Assembly: GCA_003135555.1 (NCBI GenBank)
Contig: PLCF01000054.1
Span: 55,452 to 95,998, forward strand
Source: Vulcanimicrobiota bacterium
Lineage (GTDB): Bacteria; Vulcanimicrobiota; Vulcanimicrobiia; Vulcanimicrobiales; Vulcanimicrobiaceae
Reading direction: 5' to 3'
Length of the DNA: 40,547 bases
Part shown: positions 35,576 through 40,547 of the stretch, in pieces
How positions within the stretch are numbered: the stretch's first letter is position 1
How the letters are laid out: each line of letters opens with the position of its first letter
Position numbers and translations under genes: made by a program
Notes under the pieces: model-generated
What the model saw: only the letters and a program-made list of their open reading frames with translations
Database searches by the model: none
Told to the model about the DNA's origin: nothing

Positions 35576-37003
35576 TTACAGCTGGGCGGGGGCGCGCGGC
35601 AGCCGGAACCAGGACATCCCCCCGCCCCAATCGACCGGGCCCGACGTCGGGTCGGGGACCGCGATCGTCGAGGTGGTCGCGCTGGTGCCGGCGGGCGGCA
35701 CGAAGGCCGCTCCCACCGACGAACCGCCGTCGTCGGGCGAGCGCAGCGGGCCGAAACAGGTAGCGCAACGACGCTGCGTCGCGACGAAAGCCAGCTTCTC
35801 GACGGTCAGCGGCCGAATCCCCGGGATCGGGCGGGTCGGCAGGGTTCGCGCCGCCGGCACCGCGACGACGAGGTGGTGGCGCGCCGGCCGAATCGGCCCG
35901 AGCCTCGAGCGCTCGGAGCGCGGGTAGCCGGCGGCCGTCGGGGCGGATCGCACGGGCGGCGCGACTTCGACGGGATGCTGGTAGGCCAGGACGGCCGCGT
36001 GCCGCGGCGGCTTCGCCGCCGGGTGGGTGCCCGCAGCCGGCCGGTGCGGCGCGGGACGGCCTACCGTGGGCGCAACCGCAAGGGCTTGGCGCGCCGGCAC
36101 GGCGCTCCGCGCCCCGGCACCGGGCACCGCCAACACGGCGATCCCGAAGACCGCGAACGCCGTTGCGGTGAACGCGCCGAGCGCCGCGGCGCGCATGACC
36201 GGACCGCCGCCGCTGGCCGGCCGCAAGAGACGCTCGACGCGGATCGCGACGTGCGAGCGGCGGCCCCACAGCGCCGGGGCCACGGCGTCGATGTCGTTGC
36301 GGCTCGTCGCCAGCCGCAGCAGGCAGGCCGCATAGCGCCGCGCGCCGGTCTGGACGGCAGCATGCTCGTCGCTAGCCAGCTCGCGCTCGAGGTCCAGCGC
36401 GCGGCCCAGGATCCACAAGCCCGGCAGCCACCAGGCGGCCCGACCGATCGCACTTTGCAGCGCCTTCGCCCAGTCGTCGCGGCGCGCCAGGTGCGCGCAC
36501 TCGTGGGCGATCACCGCGTCCCACTCGCTGGCGTCAACCCGCGCGCGAAAGCCCTGGGGGAGCACGACGGCGGGGTGCAGGTAGCCGATCGCGGTCGGGG
36601 TCAGCACGGTCGGCGAGCTCCCGATGTGCGCGCCGCGCACGCCGGCCGAACCCAGCGGAGCGGCGGCCCGTTTGACGCGGCGCAGCCGGACGACGTCGAC
36701 CGCGAGCTCGAACAGCAACGCGGTGGCAAGCGCGGCGACGATCGCGCCGGCGGGGAACAGTAGGGGCGCAAGGGCGCCGTCCGGGACGACGGTGCCCGAG
36801 CCTGCGGCCGGGGCGGTGCGAAAAACGGCCGCCACGAACGCGACCGGCCCGACCGCCGCAGCGATGAGGTAGCCGGCGGCGACGATGCGGTACCGGACCG
36901 CGGCCCGCGCGAACGGGCGTGCGGCGGCTAGAGCCCCCGCGGCGAGCGGGAGGCTCGCGAGCATCGCCGCGAGCGCCGCGAGCGCAGCGGTGGAGGCGTT
37001 CAG
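35576..37003 (-). CDS. BlaR1/MecR1-type M56 metallopeptidase with low-complexity C-terminus (start CTG 37003 or ATG 36964)
   Basis: TM segments, PTAIGYLHPAVVLP, VIAHECAHLARRDD (HExxH), RELASDE, YAACLLRLA. Confidence 0.88.
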   Translation of the reverse strand: MNASTAALAALAAMLASLPLAAGALAAARPFARAAVRYRIVAAGYLIAAAVGPVAFVAAVFRTAPAAGSGTVVPDGALAPLLFPAGAIVAALATALLFELAVDVVRLRRVKRAAAPLGSAGVRGAHIGSSPTVLTPTAIGYLHPAVVLPQGFRARVDASEWDAVIAHECAHLARRDDWAKALQSAIGRAAWWLPGLWILGRALDLERELASDEHAAVQTGARRYAACLLRLATSRNDIDAVAPALWGRRSHVAIRVERLLRPASGGGPVMRAAALGAFTATAFAVFGIAVLAVPGAGARSAVPARQALAVAPTVGRPAPHRPAAGTHPAAKPPRHAAVLAYQHPVEVAPPVRSAPTAAGYPRSERSRLGPIRPARHHLVVAVPAARTLPTRPIPGIRPLTVEKLAFVATQRRCATCFGPLRSPDDGGSSVGAAFVPPAGTSATTSTIAVPDPTSGPVDWGGGMSWFRLPRAPAQL

Positions 37004-37374
37004 CCCGAACCCTCCAGGAGCGTGCGCAGGCGCCGCTCCTCGTCGGGGTTCAAGCGCTCCGAGTCGAGCAGGTTGAGCATCAACGCGCGCGGCGAGCCGC
37101 CGAAGAACGTCGCCAGGACGTTCTCGACCACGGTCAGGCGAGCGGCATCGCGCTCGACTCTGGGCTTGTACACGTTGGCCTTGCCGCGCGTCGTGTGCCG
37201 GACGTACGCCTTGCGCTCGAGGATGGTGAGCGTCGAGAGGACGGTGGTGTACGCAATCGGACGGTCTTCGAGGCGCGCGTGGATATCGGCCACGGTAGCA
37301 CTACCGAGGTTCCACAGGATGTCCATGAGACGATACTCCGCCTCAGTCAGAGTCGGTGTCGGCCGCCTTGCCAT
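37000..37374 (-). CDS. BlaI/MecI/CopY family transcriptional repressor
   Basis: LTEAEYRLMDILW, AYTTVLSTLTILERK, FFGGSPRALMLNLL. Confidence 0.93.
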   Translation of the reverse strand: MARRPTPTLTEAEYRLMDILWNLGSATVADIHARLEDRPIAYTTVLSTLTILERKAYVRHTTRGKANVYKPRVERDAARLTVVENVLATFFGGSPRALMLNLLDSERLNPDEERRLRTLLEGSG

Positions 37375-39205
37375 GCGCCCCTAATACGACGGGCACTCCG
37401 TATTCCCCGCGAGGTCGGGAGCCCAAAGCGCGGCTCGGGCCGCGCGCCAGCCACGCGTCGACCCGCCGCTCGAGCAGGTCGAGCGGCAGCGATCCCGCGC
37501 CCAGCACGACCGCATGGAAATCGCGCAGATCGAAGCGCGCTCCGAGCCGGCGCCGCGCGCGCTCGCGCAGCTCGAGGATTTTGAGCTGCCCGATCTTGTA
37601 CGCCAGCGCTTGACCCGGGTCGGTGATGTAGCGGTCGATCTCGTTGGTGACGTCGAGCTTCGTCTTCGCGGCGTTGTCGAGAAAATACGCGATCGCGCGG
37701 TCGCGTGACCAACCGAAGGCGTGCATACCGGTGTCGACGACGAGCCGCACCGCGCGCCACATCTCATAGCTGAGCGCGCCGAGCTTTGCTTTGGGGTCGT
37801 CGTAGACGCCGATGTCGTCACCCAGCGACTCCGCGTAGAGGCCCCAACCTTCGGAGTACCCGACGTAGTACGCAGCGCGCCGAAACGTCGGCAGCCTGCC
37901 CAGCTCCGCGGCGAGCGAGAACTGCAAATGGTGGCCCGGAACCGACTCGTGCAGCGTCAGAACCGGCATCTCGTAGATCGGCCGCTGATCCGGCCGGTAG
38001 AGGTTGACGTTGTACATCCCGGCGCGCGTACCGTCGAGCGCGCCGGGCTGATAGTACGCGGTCGTCGCATCGGGCGCGATCGACGCCGGAATCGGGACGA
38101 CGCCGTACGGCAGGCGCGGAAGCACGCGAAAGAAGCGCACCAGCTCGGGGTCGATGCGCTTGGCCAGCGCGCGGTATGCCGCGAGCAGCTCGTCGGCGCT
38201 GCGGTAGTAGTTCGCCGGGTCGGCGCGCATCTGGGCGAACACGTCCTGCAGCGATCCGGTGTAGCCGGTGCGCGGTGCGACGCTCTCCATCGCCGCGCGG
38301 ATCCGCGCGACCTCGCGCAGGCCGAGCTCGTGAATCGCCCGCGGAGCCAACGCCGTCGTCGTGTTGACGCGGGCGAGATACGCATAGATCGCCGCGCCGC
38401 CGGGGACGTGCGCCAAACCCACATCGGCGGGTGCCGCCGGCAAGTAGACGTCGGTGAAGAACGCGCGCAGGCGGCGGAGCGCGGGCAACACGCCGCCGGC
38501 GATCGACGCGCGCACGCGCTCGCGCAACCGGGCCGCAGCGGCTGGCGAAACGCCGGCCGGAACGCGCGCGAACGGAGCGAAGAACGGATGCGTCTCGGGC
38601 GCCGTGAGCTGACGGTCGAGTTGCGCGGGGATGCGTTCCATGACCACGCGCGGCCACAGCATACGGCGGGCGACGGCCTCGTGCAGCAGCGCGATGACGG
38701 CGTCCACTTTGCGCGGCCACGCGTCGACGCGCACCGCCCAGGCCGCGTAGTCGCGCAGCGAGGCGAACGGGAGCTGGTCGACGAGCGCGACGTCGGTCTG
38801 CACGCCGCCGCGCTGGTTGAGGGCGAACAGGTGCGTGCGCAGCTCGTAGCCGCGAACCGCGTCACGCAGCCGCTCGGCGTACAGGTCCACGTTGATGCGG
38901 CCGGTTTCGGACAGGTGCGTGCGGTCGATGCGCGCCAGTTGCGCCAGCACGCCGCGCTGGTGCTGCGCCTCGTCGGCGGCCGCCGCTGCGGACGGATCGT
39001 CCCAGCGTTCGTCGCCCGAGCGGTCGCCTTCGATCGACGCCGTCTCCGGGTGCCGACGGTAGTAGTCGCGATGGTCCGCTTCGAGGAGCCGGTCGAGCTG
39101 CGCGTCGCCTGCGGCTGACGCCACGTCGAAGGGTGCGTCGACGGGGGAAAACGCAAGCGCACCGCACGACAGCGACGCACTCTTGAGCAAGTCGGCCCGC
39201 TTCAT
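37343..39205 (-). CDS. DUF885 family putative metallopeptidase (Tat-like signal)
   Basis: IHELGLREVARI, TTAYYQPG, LHESVPGHHLQ, YSEGWGLYAE, RAVRLVVDTGMH, EIDRYITDPGQALAYKIG. Confidence 0.92.
   Translation of the reverse strand: MKRADLLKSASLSCGALAFSPVDAPFDVASAAGDAQLDRLLEADHRDYYRRHPETASIEGDRSGDERWDDPSAAAAADEAQHQRGVLAQLARIDRTHLSETGRINVDLYAERLRDAVRGYELRTHLFALNQRGGVQTDVALVDQLPFASLRDYAAWAVRVDAWPRKVDAVIALLHEAVARRMLWPRVVMERIPAQLDRQLTAPETHPFFAPFARVPAGVSPAAAARLRERVRASIAGGVLPALRRLRAFFTDVYLPAAPADVGLAHVPGGAAIYAYLARVNTTTALAPRAIHELGLREVARIRAAMESVAPRTGYTGSLQDVFAQMRADPANYYRSADELLAAYRALAKRIDPELVRFFRVLPRLPYGVVPIPASIAPDATTAYYQPGALDGTRAGMYNVNLYRPDQRPIYEMPVLTLHESVPGHHLQFSLAAELGRLPTFRRAAYYVGYSEGWGLYAESLGDDIGVYDDPKAKLGALSYEMWRAVRLVVDTGMHAFGWSRDRAIAYFLDNAAKTKLDVTNEIDRYITDPGQALAYKIGQLKILELRERARRRLGARFDLRDFHAVVLGAGSLPLDLLERRVDAWLARGPSRALGSRPRGEYGVPVVLGAHGKAADTDSD
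37383..37404. promoter_or_regulatory. Candidate BlaI-family operator AATACG-N10-CGTATT
   Basis: Perfect 6-bp inverted repeat 8 nt upstream of the repressor ATG. Confidence 0.45.
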
Positions 39206-39283
39206 CCCGCGCTCTGTTCCCGGAGCAAGCGGTCGCGCCTGTCGAGCAGGTCCGCACCGGGGACCGCGGTGTACGAACGTAGC

Positions 39284-40039
39284 GTGCACGTTCTCGGGGC
39301 ATCCCTCGCTCTCGCCATCGCGCTGGCCGCGGCGCCCACGCCGACGCCGTTCCCGATCGGGACGCTGGTGCCGTTCGGCTCGTCCGGCCAGACCCCGCCG
39401 CCGCTGCCGAACATCGGGCACGTGCGTTCGGCGACGCCGGCGTGCTCCGCGATGCGTGACTTGATCATCCCCTCGTTCGCCGCCGCGCAGCGCTCCGACG
39501 TGCGCTTCGAAGCGACGCGCAAGGCGCTCCCCAACTACGCGGAGTTGATCTCCGACCCGCTGCACCGCGCCGACATCTACCGCGAGTCCGCGCTGGCGCG
39601 GCTCGACGGCGACGCGACGAAGCTGCTCGAGGAGGCGCTCCTCATCTCCAAGGCGCTGGGCGACGCGCGCTTCGCCAACAAGAACGACGCCGACGTCGTG
39701 GCCGAAAAGCGCGCGCTCGAGCAGCTCTATCAAACGGTGCAGGCCCGCGCGAACACCATGACCGAGTTCGTCACGCGCCAACGTGTCGCGATCGCGAAGA
39801 ACGGGATCGACACGGGCGCCAGCGCGTTCGTCGGAGGCCGCTTCCAAGGCCAGCCGACCATCGCACCGGTGCCGATGCCCGTACTCACCGCGCCGCCCGG
39901 GATGCCGCTGCTCCAGGGGAACAACCTCAGCGACAAGCAGTCGATGAACCAGTGGAGCGGCGACATGTCGGCCGCCGTCCGCTACAGCGAGAACGAGGCC
40001 GCCCGGACGTTCCTGCCCATCGCGCAGAAATGCCGCTGA
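39284..40039 (+). CDS. Secreted hypothetical helical protein
   Basis: Signal peptide then PTPTP; strong coding codon bias; two Cys (one near each end). Confidence 0.7.
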   Translation: MHVLGASLALAIALAAAPTPTPFPIGTLVPFGSSGQTPPPLPNIGHVRSATPACSAMRDLIIPSFAAAQRSDVRFEATRKALPNYAELISDPLHRADIYRESALARLDGDATKLLEEALLISKALGDARFANKNDADVVAEKRALEQLYQTVQARANTMTEFVTRQRVAIAKNGIDTGASAFVGGRFQGQPTIAPVPMPVLTAPPGMPLLQGNNLSDKQSMNQWSGDMSAAVRYSENEAARTFLPIAQKCR

Positions 40040-40067
40040 TGGGCGGCGCCGGCGCGCGCCGCGTGAC

Positions 40068-40547
40068 CTAGGCGGGGCGCCAGCGCAAGTCGGGTTGGCG
40101 CGCCGCGCGCGTCTCGTCGATCCGGCCGACGGCGGTGTTGACCGGCGTCTCGAGAACCTTGTCCGGATCGGATTTCGCCGTCGCGACGATCTCGCGGAAG
40201 ACCGCGATGAACCCGTCGAGCGTCTCCTTCGACTCCGTCTCGGTCGGCTCGATCATGAGGCACTCGGGCACGATGAGCGGGAAGTACACCGTCGGCGCGT
40301 GGTAGCCGCGGTCGAGCAATGCTTTGCCGAGATCGAGCGCCCGCACCCCGGTCTCGCGCTTGAGCGTCTGCGCCGAGGCGACGAACTCGTGCCGGTTGAT
40401 CTCGTCGTAGGGAATGTCGATGATGTCGCGGATGGAGGCCCGGATGTAGTTCGCGTTGAGCACCGCGAGTTGCGAAACGCGGGTCAAGCCCGCGGCGCCG
40501 TTGGCATAGGTGTAGGCCAGCGCGCGCACCATGTGCGCGAAGTTCGA
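40068..40547 (-). CDS. gcvPB: Glycine dehydrogenase (decarboxylating) subunit 2, C-terminal part (runs off the window end)
   Basis: AVLNANYI, HEFV, DLGKALLDRGYHAPTVYFPLIVPECLMIEPTETESKETLD, RIDETRAARQP. Confidence 0.93.
   Translation of the reverse strand, partial: SNFAHMVRALAYTYANGAAGLTRVSQLAVLNANYIRASIRDIIDIPYDEINRHEFVASAQTLKRETGVRALDLGKALLDRGYHAPTVYFPLIVPECLMIEPTETESKETLDGFIAVFREIVATAKSDPDKVLETPVNTAVGRIDETRAARQPDLRWRPA

Noticed and set aside
1..40547. tRNA, rRNA, prophage or integrase-bounded island
   Set aside because: No cloverleaf, rRNA-like tract, phage structural gene or recombinase recognised; intergenic spaces are short

Overview
High-GC bacterial chromosomal segment with about 41 densely packed, mostly housekeeping-type CDS. 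I see no rRNA, tRNA, CRISPR array, transposase or prophage. Gene content and signal-peptide style suggest Eremiobacterota/Vulcanimicrobiota (inference only). Left to right: partial Ycf45-like AAA ATPase; MaoC dehydratase; nitronate monooxygenase; operon of two cytoplasmic S1C/PDZ proteases plus an atypical LuxR-family regulator; membrane protein; two tandem TonB-C-domain paralogues; Orn/Lys/Arg decarboxylase; HNH endonuclease; pdxT/pdxS; Pro-rich membrane protein; (alpha/alpha)6-type glycoside hydrolase; beta-propeller protein-ispE-nucleotidyltransferase; GT4-sqdB; ubiX; PD-(D/E)XK nuclease plus degenerate UvrD-like helicase; DUF1800-DUF1501-GNAT; a MITE-like element; LysR; a minus-strand genome-maintenance run (NUDIX-scpA-scpB-RecG-like-nfo-PilZ-dinB); BlaI/M56 pair; DUF885; secreted protein; partial gcvPB. 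Most notable observations: (1) a kinase-less protease/pseudo-receiver module with a 7-2-7 palindrome at about -42.5 of a probably leaderless promoter; (2) a hairpin-rich HNH leader crossed by a translationally coupled 68-codon ORF; (3) an AdnAB/AddAB-like pair with a degenerate motor; (4) a CTAG-flanked MITE occupying the gap between two convergent stop codons; (5) a decayed copy of the decarboxylase 3' end marking the TonB-C duplication; (6) recurrent mini-uORFs and possible CTG coupled starts. All calls come from reading motifs by eye; no searches were run.
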